Shown piece by piece: positions 39,533 to 48,782 of a DNA stretch of 64,000 nt. Positions within the stretch are counted from its first letter, which is position 1, and the number at the start of each line of letters is the position of its first letter. A program made the position numbers and the translations under genes. The stretch is from Candidatus Eutrophovita brisbanensis (GTDB lineage Bacteria; Pseudomonadota; Gammaproteobacteria; Burkholderiales; Eutrophovitaceae), in assembly GCA_038147395.1 (NCBI GenBank), contig JAYQTM010000001.1:77863-141862 (forward strand), given 5' to 3'. The notes below the pieces were generated by a model, which had not been told where the DNA came from, searched no databases, and saw only the letters and a program-made list of their open reading frames with translations.

Positions 39533-40855
39533 CTACGCGTGCACATGCTCCTTTGGCGCCATCATTGGGTACAACTTCCCTTTCGTATCAAATTTAAACG
39601 GTTGGGCGTCGCTCAGAATTTCAAATTTGTCGGGGTTATTTTTGATGTGTGGCAAAAGATTTTCTGACACGTGAATATCCATGACCTCTAGCGTCGTCGA
39701 TATTCGAACAATCTTCGTATCCTGAGGCTTCACTCTAACAACCGTTTTTACGGCAAGTTGAATCGCTTCCTGATCACTATTCATGATGATAGGAATCGCC
39801 GCACCATCCAGATAGGTCGACGTAATAACGTTTGCGTAGGTTTTCGCAATATCTAACTCTCGGTATACATCCATCGTGATAACATCCGCGGCGCCCAAGC
39901 CTGTGGCGTTACCGTGTGTCTCTGGTGTGAGGCCTAAAACTGCTATTTTCTTGACGTGTGGCTTCATATCCCACTCAACCTGCCGGCAATTACGGCCGGT
40001 GATATTTGGATCCATACCGGACCCAGAAATATTTTTCCCGATTTTCTCAACCACCAAAACGTCAATTTCATCGAATTGGAGCATCGGCATATATTGCTTT
40101 GCTAGGGTCTGAAGCTCAGGCTCTCGATCAAAGATCTGCTCGCTCGGCACAACCTCAATGATCGCTGTCTCATCCGCTGCATTTTCAATCATCGCAACAC
40201 CGAACAGAACATTTTTGGTACCCATGATAATTTTTGCCGCCTTGGGTAAAAGCTCACCGAACATATCCATACCGTAGGTATGAAGTGTCGATGCACCAAT
40301 AATTTTACCCATTCCAATAGTGAGCATTTTCACAATTCCGGACTCGATCGGCGCTCGAAAATTCGTATGCGGCTTAATTCGACACACAAGCGCGATGGCG
40401 TCCGCCTCGGCCGCAAATTTATCAAGGTAAACCGGCATTCCGTCGTCAGCCTTTCCAATCTCAACGACTTCCATACTCGACTTAACAGGGCAGCCAATAT
40501 AAGCCTCCGTCACACCATAACCGTCAAGAACTTCTTTCTGTCCTTCGGCTGTTGCACCGCCATGGCTGCCCATAGCTGGAAAAACAAACGGCTCGGCACC
40601 CAGCGCCTTGAGTTGCGTTACGACCGCTTTGACACACTCAGCAATGTTATTCACACCTCGCGAGCCAACGCCGAGTGCAACGGTCATACCTGGCGTGATT
40701 TTTGACTGGATGTCAGGTTTCGCGAATTCGCTGACGACGGTAGCCGTCACATCATCAATTCTTGGTAATTGAAATTTTTGCCTGACATGCACCATTTTTG
40801 GAAGTGCGACGTCTAGTCCACCCGCAATGTTTACGTCTATACGATCACCGATCAT
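39533..40855 (-). CDS. LarA-family (lactate-racemase-like, nickel-pincer-dependent) 2-hydroxyacid racemase/epimerase; substrate unknown
   Basis: 440 aa from the ATG at 40855 with an AAGGGA SD. Motifs PAMGSHGG and RIKPH-x13-K-x15-H align by eye with LarA His108, His174, Lys184 and His200. It is the first gene of the operon that continues into larC-larE-larB. Confidence 0.65.
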   Translation of the reverse strand: MIGDRIDVNIAGGLDVALPKMVHVRQKFQLPRIDDVTATVVSEFAKPDIQSKITPGMTVALGVGSRGVNNIAECVKAVVTQLKALGAEPFVFPAMGSHGGATAEGQKEVLDGYGVTEAYIGCPVKSSMEVVEIGKADDGMPVYLDKFAAEADAIALVCRIKPHTNFRAPIESGIVKMLTIGMGKIIGASTLHTYGMDMFGELLPKAAKIIMGTKNVLFGVAMIENAADETAIIEVVPSEQIFDREPELQTLAKQYMPMLQFDEIDVLVVEKIGKNISGSGMDPNITGRNCRQVEWDMKPHVKKIAVLGLTPETHGNATGLGAADVITMDVYRELDIAKTYANVITSTYLDGAAIPIIMNSDQEAIQLAVKTVVRVKPQDTKIVRISTTLEVMDIHVSENLLPHIKNNPDKFEILSDAQPFKFDTKGKLYPMMAPKEHVHA

Positions 40856-41004
40856 CAACAATCCCTTCAGCCTAAAGTAGAAAATTTCAAAGGCAACTTG
40901 CCCCTTCTGGTCTTTCAGTTATTCTATCTCAGAACCTCTACTTTAGCCCCAACCAAATATGGCTCCCATGCTAATCTCAGCTTGTTCACACTTAAAGCAA
41001 TTCC

Positions 41005-42738
41005 ATGCCAAGTCCTAAAAAACTCAAAAGTGCCGACTTGAGGTCCCATAAATGGTTTGGCCCACAGACACTCAGGGCTTTTGGGCATCGCTCTCGAACG
41101 CTACAGATGGGATTCAGTCGAGAAGACTACGAAGGAAAACCTGTTATCGGGATACTTAACACGTGGAGTGAACTCAGCCACTGTCACTCGCACTTTCGAG
41201 AGCGAGCGGAAGACGTCAAACGAGGGGTATGGCAATCAGGCGGCTTTCCTGTCGAAATACCCGTCCTATCACTCGCTGAGGTTTATCAAAAGCCGACCAC
41301 CATGATGTATCGAAACCTCCTGGCCATGGAGGTTGAGGAGGTTCTGAGGTCCTATCCGATCGATGGCTGCGTCCTGATGGGGGGGTGCGACAAAACACCT
41401 CCTGGTTTATTGATGGGTGCGATCAGCATGGGTTTACCAACCATTTTTGTCCCAGCAGGCCCAATGTTGCGCGGAAATTGGCATGGCAAAACACTTGGAT
41501 CGGGATCGGACGTGTGGAAATACTGGGATGAGCTGCGCGCTGGAAATATCTCACAACAAGACTGGCATGATATTGAGGAAGGCATTGCCAGATCCGTTGG
41601 GACGTGCATGACAATGGGCACCGCATCGACGATGACAAGCATTGTCGAGACACTTGGTTTCGCTTTACCAAACTCCTCAACCATTCCTGCGCCAGATTCA
41701 AACCATCCGAGGATGGCGTCGAATTCAGGAAGACGCATCGTTGATATGGTTTGGGAAGATTTACGTCCTCGTCATATCTTGACCGAGCGATCGTTTGACA
41801 ATGCCATTCGTACGCTGATTGCGCTAGGGGGATCGACCAACGCACTCATCCATCTTATTGCCATCGCCAGGAGGGCTGGCTTTGAGTTGGCGCTCGAAAA
41901 GTTTGAGGAATTGGGACAGTCAACGCCCTACCTTGTCAATATGAGACCATCCGGTAAATATCTAATGGAAGATTTTCATTATGCTGGCGGGCTCGCTGGA
42001 TTACTCAACGAGATGCGTTCACTGTTGCATCAAGACGAGATAACTTGCACCGGAAAAACGCTCGGCGAAAACATCTCCCCATTCAAAATTCACAACTCAG
42101 ATGTCATCAAACCGCTGGATCAACCCATGTCGCCTGAGGGTGGTCTGGTGGTTTTGCGAGGAAACCTCGCTCCAAACGGTGCCGTCATCAAGACAAGTGC
42201 AGCCACCCCATCATTACTGCAACATGTAGGTAAAGCGATTGTTTTTGATGACTACAACGATATGGAAAAAAGGTTAGACGACCCCGATCTTGATGTCGAC
42301 GAGAATAGTATTCTAGTGTTGCGAAATGCTGGTCCCCAGGGGGGGCCGGGTATGCCCGAATGGGGGATGTTGCCGATCCCAAAAAAATTACTAAAAAACG
42401 GGGTGCGTGACATGGTCCGTGTATCAGACGCGCGGATGAGCGGCACAAGTTACGGGACCTGTGTCCTGCATGTCTCACCAGAGTCCTGGATTGGAGGGCC
42501 GCTGGCATTTGTCAAAACGAATGACCGCATGGAGCTCAATGTTGCCAATAGAGAAATTAATCTTCTTATTTCTGATGATGAATTGGCATCGCGAAAGAAA
42601 CAATGGCGACCCAATCCTGAGAAATTTTCTCGCGGTTACGGAAAATTCTTCACTCGTCACATCTTACAAGCTGACGAAGGGTGCGATTTCGATTTTCTCA
42701 ATTCTAACGACGCAACACCTGACCCGGAAATTCATTAG
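41005..42738 (+). CDS. IlvD/Edd-family dehydratase of the aldonate (arabonate/xylonate)-dehydratase type
   Basis: 577 aa with RSHKWFG...GKPVIGILNTWSELSHCHSHF...GGFPVE...GGCDKTPPG, a pattern shared with L-arabonate/D-xylonate dehydratases. Fe-S cysteine contexts are present. Confidence 0.8.
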   Translation: MPSPKKLKSADLRSHKWFGPQTLRAFGHRSRTLQMGFSREDYEGKPVIGILNTWSELSHCHSHFRERAEDVKRGVWQSGGFPVEIPVLSLAEVYQKPTTMMYRNLLAMEVEEVLRSYPIDGCVLMGGCDKTPPGLLMGAISMGLPTIFVPAGPMLRGNWHGKTLGSGSDVWKYWDELRAGNISQQDWHDIEEGIARSVGTCMTMGTASTMTSIVETLGFALPNSSTIPAPDSNHPRMASNSGRRIVDMVWEDLRPRHILTERSFDNAIRTLIALGGSTNALIHLIAIARRAGFELALEKFEELGQSTPYLVNMRPSGKYLMEDFHYAGGLAGLLNEMRSLLHQDEITCTGKTLGENISPFKIHNSDVIKPLDQPMSPEGGLVVLRGNLAPNGAVIKTSAATPSLLQHVGKAIVFDDYNDMEKRLDDPDLDVDENSILVLRNAGPQGGPGMPEWGMLPIPKKLLKNGVRDMVRVSDARMSGTSYGTCVLHVSPESWIGGPLAFVKTNDRMELNVANREINLLISDDELASRKKQWRPNPEKFSRGYGKFFTRHILQADEGCDFDFLNSNDATPDPEIH

Positions 42739-42763
42739 CAATAACAGACCTCGGAGGCTACTC

Positions 42764-43474
42764 TTGACAGATAAAACACCGCCATACGAAGACATGCTAG
42801 CTTCCGTAACCACGGCGAGTCTAAGCGCTCAACTCGTAAAACGAGGCTTTCGGACGCGCTCCATTCCGAACATTCAATCTGTTAACCCCACAACCAAGCG
42901 ACTAGTCGGACGAGCATTTACCTTGCGTTACATACCGATGCGGGAAGATGTGGCCACAGGGCCTAACATGGGGAAACCAGACAATCCTCAACGTCAGGCG
43001 ATAGAAACGGTCCCCCCGGGGCACGTCCTCATCGCCGATACCCATGGGCTTGATGTGAGCGGCACGTTCGGTGACATACTCGTCGCAAGACTACAAGTGC
43101 GAGGTGTGGCGGGGATCGTATCCGACGGGCCGATGAGAGATGTGAGTGAAATTAAACGAATGCCTCTACCGGTTTTTGCAAGACAAAATGCTGCGCCACC
43201 TAGCTACGCCAGCATGATGGCAGTGGACTCACAGGTCCCCATAGGCTGCGGTGGTGTTGCCGTGTTCCCCGATGACCTTATCGTCGCAGATGAAGACGGA
43301 GTCGTCGTCGTGCCTCAGGATATTGCCGACGAGGTTATCGTCGATGCCTTTCAACAAGACCAACTTGAAACTTATATCCGTATGCGCATTGATAACGGAG
43401 AATCGATCGTTGGTGTATACCCAGCCAGCGAATCTGTGATTGCCGAATATGAAGAGTGGAAAAAAAATCGTTGA
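42764..43474 (+). CDS. RraA-family protein (4-hydroxy-4-methyl-2-oxoglutarate aldolase / oxaloacetate decarboxylase-like)
   Basis: It carries the family motif GTFGDILVARLQVRGVAGIVSDGPMRD (G..G.....G..G.V.DG..RD). A TTG start at 42764 follows a GGAGG SD by 6 nt, and an alternative ATG lies at 42794. The ORF is open back to 42461 inside the preceding gene. Confidence 0.75.
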   Translation: MTDKTPPYEDMLASVTTASLSAQLVKRGFRTRSIPNIQSVNPTTKRLVGRAFTLRYIPMREDVATGPNMGKPDNPQRQAIETVPPGHVLIADTHGLDVSGTFGDILVARLQVRGVAGIVSDGPMRDVSEIKRMPLPVFARQNAAPPSYASMMAVDSQVPIGCGGVAVFPDDLIVADEDGVVVVPQDIADEVIVDAFQQDQLETYIRMRIDNGESIVGVYPASESVIAEYEEWKKNR

Positions 43475-43597
43475 GTATCTCGCGCACTATTTTTAAATAT
43501 CATGAACTTTCATCGCGATTTCAATTGGGGCCAAAGCGTCGGATATGAGTCCCATAGATCTCACCATTTGCTGATCTTTCCGAGAATTTAAACAACC

Positions 43598-44776
43598 ATG
43601 TCAACATCCCGAGCCGGCCGACACTTTTTACAAATACCTGGACCGACAAACGTGCCAAATCGTATTCTTTCGGCGATTTCTCGACCCACCATTGATCACC
43701 GAAGTGACGAATTCCAAGAACTTGGTTTAGACATTTTCGCGAAGTTAAAACGGTTGTTTCGATGCGAAGCCTCCGTATTTGTTTATCCATCCTCAGGAAC
43801 CGGAGCCTGGGAAAGCGCATTGGTGAATACTTTAAATCCGGGCGACACGATACTGATATACGAAACTGGATATTTTTCAAACCGGTGGAAGTCCCTCGCT
43901 GAACGTCTTGGCATCAAAGTTGAGCTACTCGAATCAGATTGGCGTCAGCCTGTTGATAGCTCCCGTATTCACCACACCCTCAAAAAAGATTCAGAAAATC
44001 TCATCAAAGCTGTTTGCGTGGTTCATAACGAAACGTCAACAGGGGTTGTCTCAGATATTAGTGGAGTAAAACGAGCAATCACAGAGGCAGAGCACGATGC
44101 ACTCCTCATGGTCGACACAATTTCCTCTCTTGGTTCTATTGATTACGACCACGATAAGCTAGGCGTAGATGTCAGTATCGGTGCGTCTCAAAAGGGGCTC
44201 ATGCTGCCTCCAGGGCTTGGTTTTACCGCCGCGAGTGAACGCGCCTTAAGGATGAATGCAACATCAAAATTCCCGCGAAGCTACTGGAGCTGGGAGGAAA
44301 TGCAACCGCATTGTCAAAAGGGCTTTTTCCCCTACACACCAGCGACAAATCTTCTTTTTGGGTTACAGGAGGCACTTAAAATGCTTCTAGATGAAGTCGG
44401 CCTCGAGCCCACATTCAAACGTCATGAGCGGCACGCTCGAGCGACACGACAAGCCATATCTCATTGGGGGCTAGAAATGCTGTGCCAAGATACAGCGTGT
44501 GCTAGCAACACACTGACCGCCGTACTCACGCCTGGCAACGTCAGCGCCAATAGCCTAAGGAAACTTATATCTGAAAAATTCGATATGTCTCTTGGAACGG
44601 GGCTCGGGAAATTTGAAGATAAAGCTTTCAGGATTGGACACCTGGGTGACTTTAACGATTTGTCTTTGGCAGGGACTTTATCTGGAGTCGAAATGGGCCT
44701 CCGACTGTCAAACATTCCCTTCAACACGGGCGGCGTCCACGCCGCCTTAGAATATCTCGCCGGCTCTATCGATTAA
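43598..44776 (+). CDS. Class-V PLP aminotransferase (serine-glyoxylate / alanine-glyoxylate aminotransferase-like)
   Basis: 392 aa with the N-terminal HFLQIPGPTNVPNRIL and PLP-lysine motif GASQKGL. Confidence 0.8.
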   Translation: MSTSRAGRHFLQIPGPTNVPNRILSAISRPTIDHRSDEFQELGLDIFAKLKRLFRCEASVFVYPSSGTGAWESALVNTLNPGDTILIYETGYFSNRWKSLAERLGIKVELLESDWRQPVDSSRIHHTLKKDSENLIKAVCVVHNETSTGVVSDISGVKRAITEAEHDALLMVDTISSLGSIDYDHDKLGVDVSIGASQKGLMLPPGLGFTAASERALRMNATSKFPRSYWSWEEMQPHCQKGFFPYTPATNLLFGLQEALKMLLDEVGLEPTFKRHERHARATRQAISHWGLEMLCQDTACASNTLTAVLTPGNVSANSLRKLISEKFDMSLGTGLGKFEDKAFRIGHLGDFNDLSLAGTLSGVEMGLRLSNIPFNTGGVHAALEYLAGSID

Positions 44777-45738
44777 CTTCCCCTAGCCGCGCGAGTTAAT
44801 CGATCCCGAATACCATCCCACTCACTTTCACTTGGAACGGCTTCAACGAGTATCAAATCTAAACGCATCAGATCTAAAGACCTCAACGTTTTATAGAGTA
44901 ACGTGGCATAGCTAGCCGCATCGTTTGGAGCCGAGATCAAATTGTCATCTATTAGCTCGCTTGGCTCAGGTGAAAGCATTACGACGCCCAATTTTTTTTG
45001 TTTGAGATTATCTCGATAAAACACCACAAGCTCATCACGAGGCAACACCATCAACTTCGTTCGTGGAGCATAGTGCGCGGGCAACGCTCCCGGCACTCTA
45101 GGGGCATCTAGTCCCGCAAGCTTGACGGGCCTCCCTGTAGCCAAACTCACTTGGTCCGCCGTAATCATTCCTGGTCTCAAAACAACAGGGGCGTCTCCCT
45201 CAAACCCGATAATGGTTGACTCTATTCCCACATGACAGGGGCCACCATTCAAAATAAAACTGACTTCTTCATTAAATTCTTTTGCGACATCTTGGACTCT
45301 CGTCGGGGATAAACGACCAAATTTGTTAGCAGATGGGCCCACCACTCCTCGGCCTACTTTGTTTAGTAGGGACAGCGCAACGGGGTGATTCGGTATGCGA
45401 ATCGCCACTGTATCTTGTCCCCCGGTAACTGTATCCGACACCTTGTCTGTTTTTTGTAGTACCAGTGTCAGCGGACCCGGCCAAAATTTCTCGGCTAATG
45501 AAAGGGCAATATCAGGAATATTCATCGCTAGTTCACTGACCAAATCAACAGAACCAACATGGACAATCAACGGATGATCGTGTGGCCTATTTTTCGCGTC
45601 ATAAACCCGTCTGACTGCATCTGGATTAGACGCGTCCGCCCCTAATCCGTAAACCGTCTCTGTCGGAAAAGCAACGATATGTCCCGCTATTAATTTCTCA
45701 GCAGCAAGTACAGCATCATCGCTTATTCTCGAATCCAT
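44773..45738 (-). CDS. L-threonylcarbamoyladenylate synthase (Sua5/TsaC2 type, with C-terminal Sua5 domain)
   Basis: 321 aa with FPTETVYGLGAD and GPLTLVL motifs plus a C-terminal domain of about 120 aa. Confidence 0.85.
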   Translation of the reverse strand: MDSRISDDAVLAAEKLIAGHIVAFPTETVYGLGADASNPDAVRRVYDAKNRPHDHPLIVHVGSVDLVSELAMNIPDIALSLAEKFWPGPLTLVLQKTDKVSDTVTGGQDTVAIRIPNHPVALSLLNKVGRGVVGPSANKFGRLSPTRVQDVAKEFNEEVSFILNGGPCHVGIESTIIGFEGDAPVVLRPGMITADQVSLATGRPVKLAGLDAPRVPGALPAHYAPRTKLMVLPRDELVVFYRDNLKQKKLGVVMLSPEPSELIDDNLISAPNDAASYATLLYKTLRSLDLMRLDLILVEAVPSESEWDGIRDRLTRAARGS

Positions 45739-45757
45739 AAATATTCCGCACTCGCCC

Positions 45758-46624
45758 TTAGCAAGTAAGAAGGTTCAATGCCTCTGAATATTTTTCTGCT
45801 GTACTTTGAGCAATCTCGAGCGGTACCCGAGGGGCAGGTGGCGCCTTATCCCAAGATATCGATTCCAGCCAGTCCCGGATAAACTGTTTATCAAACGAAG
45901 GTGGGCTCGTCCCCTCACGGTATTGGTCTTTAGGCCAAAAGCGGGATGAATCTGAAGTGAGCGCCTCATCGATCAGATAAACTTCACCCGACTTGTCGAT
46001 ACCGAACTCAAACTTCGTGTCAGCAATGATAATTCCTCGCTCGAGCGCATATTCAGCCGCGGTCTCATACAACTGAAGTGCTTTTTCCCGCACTTGTGTC
46101 GCGTACTCCGGCCCAATGGTGGCAACAATTTCTTCGTATGAGACATTCTCATCATGATCACCAACAGCAGCTTTTGTTGACGGTGTGAAAATCGTTTGCG
46201 GAAGTTTTGATGCCTCTACCAAGCCTTCGGGTAATTCGATACCACACACGGCTCCAGTATTAAGATACTCCTTCCAACCTGAGCCAGCTAAATAGCCCCT
46301 TACAATTGCTTCCACTGGCAGGGGATCAAGCTTGCGCACTACCATCGACCGACCCTCGACTTGTGCATATTCACTGTCGGTCAAAAAATCGCGCGGAGAC
46401 TGGTCCAACCAATGATTTGGAATCACGGAAGACAACTTCTTAAACCAAAAAACCGAAAGCTCCGTCAATAAGCGCCCTTTTCCAGGAATCGGATCTGGGA
46501 GAATCACGTCAAAAGCAGACAACCGATCCGTTTGGACAACCAATAATCTGGTGTCATCAATCTGATAGATATCACGGACTTTTCCCTGGTACACAAATTC
46601 AAGTGACTTGATATCAGTTTTCAT
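45758..46624 (-). CDS. purC: Phosphoribosylaminoimidazole-succinocarboxamide synthase
   Basis: Long-form PurC with QGKVRDIY, LSAFD and IIADTKFEFG motifs. The ATG at 46624 is preferred over the TTG at 46645. Confidence 0.95.
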   Translation of the reverse strand: MKTDIKSLEFVYQGKVRDIYQIDDTRLLVVQTDRLSAFDVILPDPIPGKGRLLTELSVFWFKKLSSVIPNHWLDQSPRDFLTDSEYAQVEGRSMVVRKLDPLPVEAIVRGYLAGSGWKEYLNTGAVCGIELPEGLVEASKLPQTIFTPSTKAAVGDHDENVSYEEIVATIGPEYATQVREKALQLYETAAEYALERGIIIADTKFEFGIDKSGEVYLIDEALTSDSSRFWPKDQYREGTSPPSFDKQFIRDWLESISWDKAPPAPRVPLEIAQSTAEKYSEALNLLTC

Positions 46625-46646
46625 CAACGAAGCTCTCTCGTGCAAA

Positions 46647-47774
46647 CTACGCCTCCAAAACTTGTTTTATTTCGAGAATCGTCTTAATCGCCTGATCACA
46701 ATCACGATCAAGCGCGGTGATATGTCCCATTTTGCGGCCCGGTCTTGGCGCGTTCTTACCGTATAGGTGTAATTTGACATCATTTCGTCTCACCACCTCT
46801 TCCCAGTTTGGCTCTCCGGCCTTCCAAAGGTCTCCAAGAATGTTGTACATCACTGCTGGCGACGACAAGGTAGGGTGACCGAGTGGCAATTCTGCCAAAA
46901 TACGAACTTGCTGCTCAAACTGGGACAGGGAACACGCGTCAATCGTGTAATGTCCGCTGTTGTGTGGTCGCGGGGCGATTTCATTCACGACTAATTCGTC
47001 ATTCTCGAGCACGAAGAACTCAACACACAGTACACCACAATAATTGAGTTCTCTCGCGATGTGTATTGCGACCGACTCAGCCTCAGATGCCAAATCTCGT
47101 GAAATGCGTGCGGGCACAATAGAGAGGTCGAGAATTCCGTTACGGTGTTGATTTTCTGCAATCGGAAAGATCTCCGTGAGTCCTTGCACATTCCTACCAA
47201 CAACAACAGAAATTTCTGTCTTTAACGGAAGTCGCTTCTCTAAAACACACGGCACCTTACCTAATTCAGCATAAGCTTCGCGGGCTTCCTCTACGGTCTG
47301 AACAGAGCGTTGGCCTTTGCCATCATAACCAAATCGGCTGGCTTTAAGAATGCCTGGCAATAAAGTCGACAGCTCGGAATCTCGAATATCATTTTGATCT
47401 GTCAGCGCCTCGAACGGCGCCACAGCAACACCACATTCAGATAAAAAAGTCTTTTCTAAAATGCGGTCTTGCGCAACCGCCACAGCCTCTGCATTTGGTC
47501 GAGTCGCGACCGACGCCGCAAGCAAACTAAGGCTTTCTGCGGGGACATTCTCAAATTCTGTCGTGATGACCTTTGTGAGCCGCGTTAACTCACTTAGGGC
47601 GGAATGATCATCGTATTGAGCAACGATGTGTTTTTCCGCCACTCGCCCTGCCGGACTGCCTTCGTCCGGGTCCAAGACCGCCACCTTATAGCCCATCGTT
47701 TGCGCAGCTGTAGTAAACATCCTCCCAAGCTGCCCACCTCCGAGAATGCCAAGCCAAGAACCGGGATTAATCAT
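46647..47774 (-). CDS. purK: N5-carboxyaminoimidazole ribonucleotide synthase
   Basis: 375 aa ATP-grasp protein with [19 protein letters not shown] and [12 protein letters not shown] motifs. Confidence 0.95.
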   Translation of the reverse strand: MINPGSWLGILGGGQLGRMFTTAAQTMGYKVAVLDPDEGSPAGRVAEKHIVAQYDDHSALSELTRLTKVITTEFENVPAESLSLLAASVATRPNAEAVAVAQDRILEKTFLSECGVAVAPFEALTDQNDIRDSELSTLLPGILKASRFGYDGKGQRSVQTVEEAREAYAELGKVPCVLEKRLPLKTEISVVVGRNVQGLTEIFPIAENQHRNGILDLSIVPARISRDLASEAESVAIHIARELNYCGVLCVEFFVLENDELVVNEIAPRPHNSGHYTIDACSLSQFEQQVRILAELPLGHPTLSSPAVMYNILGDLWKAGEPNWEEVVRRNDVKLHLYGKNAPRPGRKMGHITALDRDCDQAIKTILEIKQVLEA

Positions 47775-48295
47775 TTAGTGATACGTTTTTTTGTGGGTAA
47801 TTTCATCGCACGAACTTTTGTTCGCTGCTTCGTCCTAAATGATGAAAGGGCTTTATTCAATTTTTCGTCGTTACGCGCAAGAATTGCTACCGCGAATAAA
47901 CCAGCATTAATGGCGCCCGCCTCCCCAACCGCGAACGTCGCAACAGGAATACCTTTGGGCATTTGTGCGATCGATAGAAGTGAGTCAAGCCCATTCATCG
48001 CTCGCGATGTCACGGGCACACCCAGCACAGGGAGAATCGTCTTGGAAGCCACCATGCCTGGTAGATGCGCAGCGCCTCCTGCACCAGCAATAATTATTTG
48101 GATACCGCGCTCTTCGGCTGTCCTCGCATATTCAAACATCTCATCTGGTGTTCGGTGCGCAGACACAACTTTCGCCTCGTGACAAACCCCAAACTGCTCG
48201 AGGGTTTGTGTCGCGTGGCTCATGACGTCCCAATCGCTGTTGCTACCCATAATGACGCCAACAACTGGGCGGTCCTTAGTTTTTCTCGTTGTCAT
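47771..48295 (-). CDS. purE: N5-carboxyaminoimidazole ribonucleotide mutase
   Basis: 174 aa with [17 protein letters not shown] and [10 protein letters not shown] motifs plus a basic C-terminal tail. It shares an ATGA overlap with purK. Confidence 0.95.
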   Translation of the reverse strand: MTTRKTKDRPVVGVIMGSNSDWDVMSHATQTLEQFGVCHEAKVVSAHRTPDEMFEYARTAEERGIQIIIAGAGGAAHLPGMVASKTILPVLGVPVTSRAMNGLDSLLSIAQMPKGIPVATFAVGEAGAINAGLFAVAILARNDEKLNKALSSFRTKQRTKVRAMKLPTKKRITK

Positions 48296-48318
48296 ATCAA
48301 AAATCCGTAACCCGTCGG

Positions 48319-48759
48319 TTATTCCTTCCCAAAATTCGGGAGATGAGAAGGCGGACGGTTGTCATCCTCGGAATACGGGAATCGCACATGTCCATAACGA
48401 ATCACGAGTACAGCAATCGCGATTAACAAAATCGACCCAGCCACACCAACCATGTGCCAAATATCGAGCTCCTTCATATCTAGGATGATAAAACGCGCCA
48501 TAGCGACCATCGCAATATATAAAGGAAATCGAACCGGCAATTTCCCCGAGCTGTAATAAAGACTCACCATGGTCAAGACCTCGAGGTAGAGGAACAAGAG
48601 CAACAAGTCTCCAAGCGTGACCGCTTGATTGTTGATCATCAACATCACCTCTTGGTAGCCAGCAATGATTGTGGCAATACCAATCACGAATAAACCAAGA
48701 TTCTCAATCAGCGCGAGTGCGATCCGAACAAATCTGGTGAGTGGATTTTGGTTAGACAT
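48319..48759 (-). CDS. psiE: PsiE-family (phosphate-starvation-inducible) inner-membrane protein
   Basis: 146 aa with 4 TM segments. The region [39 protein letters not shown] parallels E. coli PsiE [40 protein letters not shown]. Confidence 0.7.
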   Translation of the reverse strand: MSNQNPLTRFVRIALALIENLGLFVIGIATIIAGYQEVMLMINNQAVTLGDLLLLFLYLEVLTMVSLYYSSGKLPVRFPLYIAMVAMARFIILDMKELDIWHMVGVAGSILLIAIAVLVIRYGHVRFPYSEDDNRPPSHLPNFGKE

Positions 48760-48782
48760 GTCTTTTTGTGGCCTAGATGGTC

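Noticed and set aside
42461-42763. A long N-terminal extension of the RraA-like ORF overlapping the dehydratase gene by 278 nt.
   Set aside because: The extension has no RraA-family similarity and lies in another frame of a well-conserved gene. A GGAGG SD precedes the TTG at 42764. The overlap is judged to be a chance open frame.
47604-48182. A 192-aa plus-strand ORF.
   Set aside because: It is antisense to purK and purE, which have unambiguous conserved motifs. This is a typical shadow ORF with Arg/Ser/Ala-rich composition.
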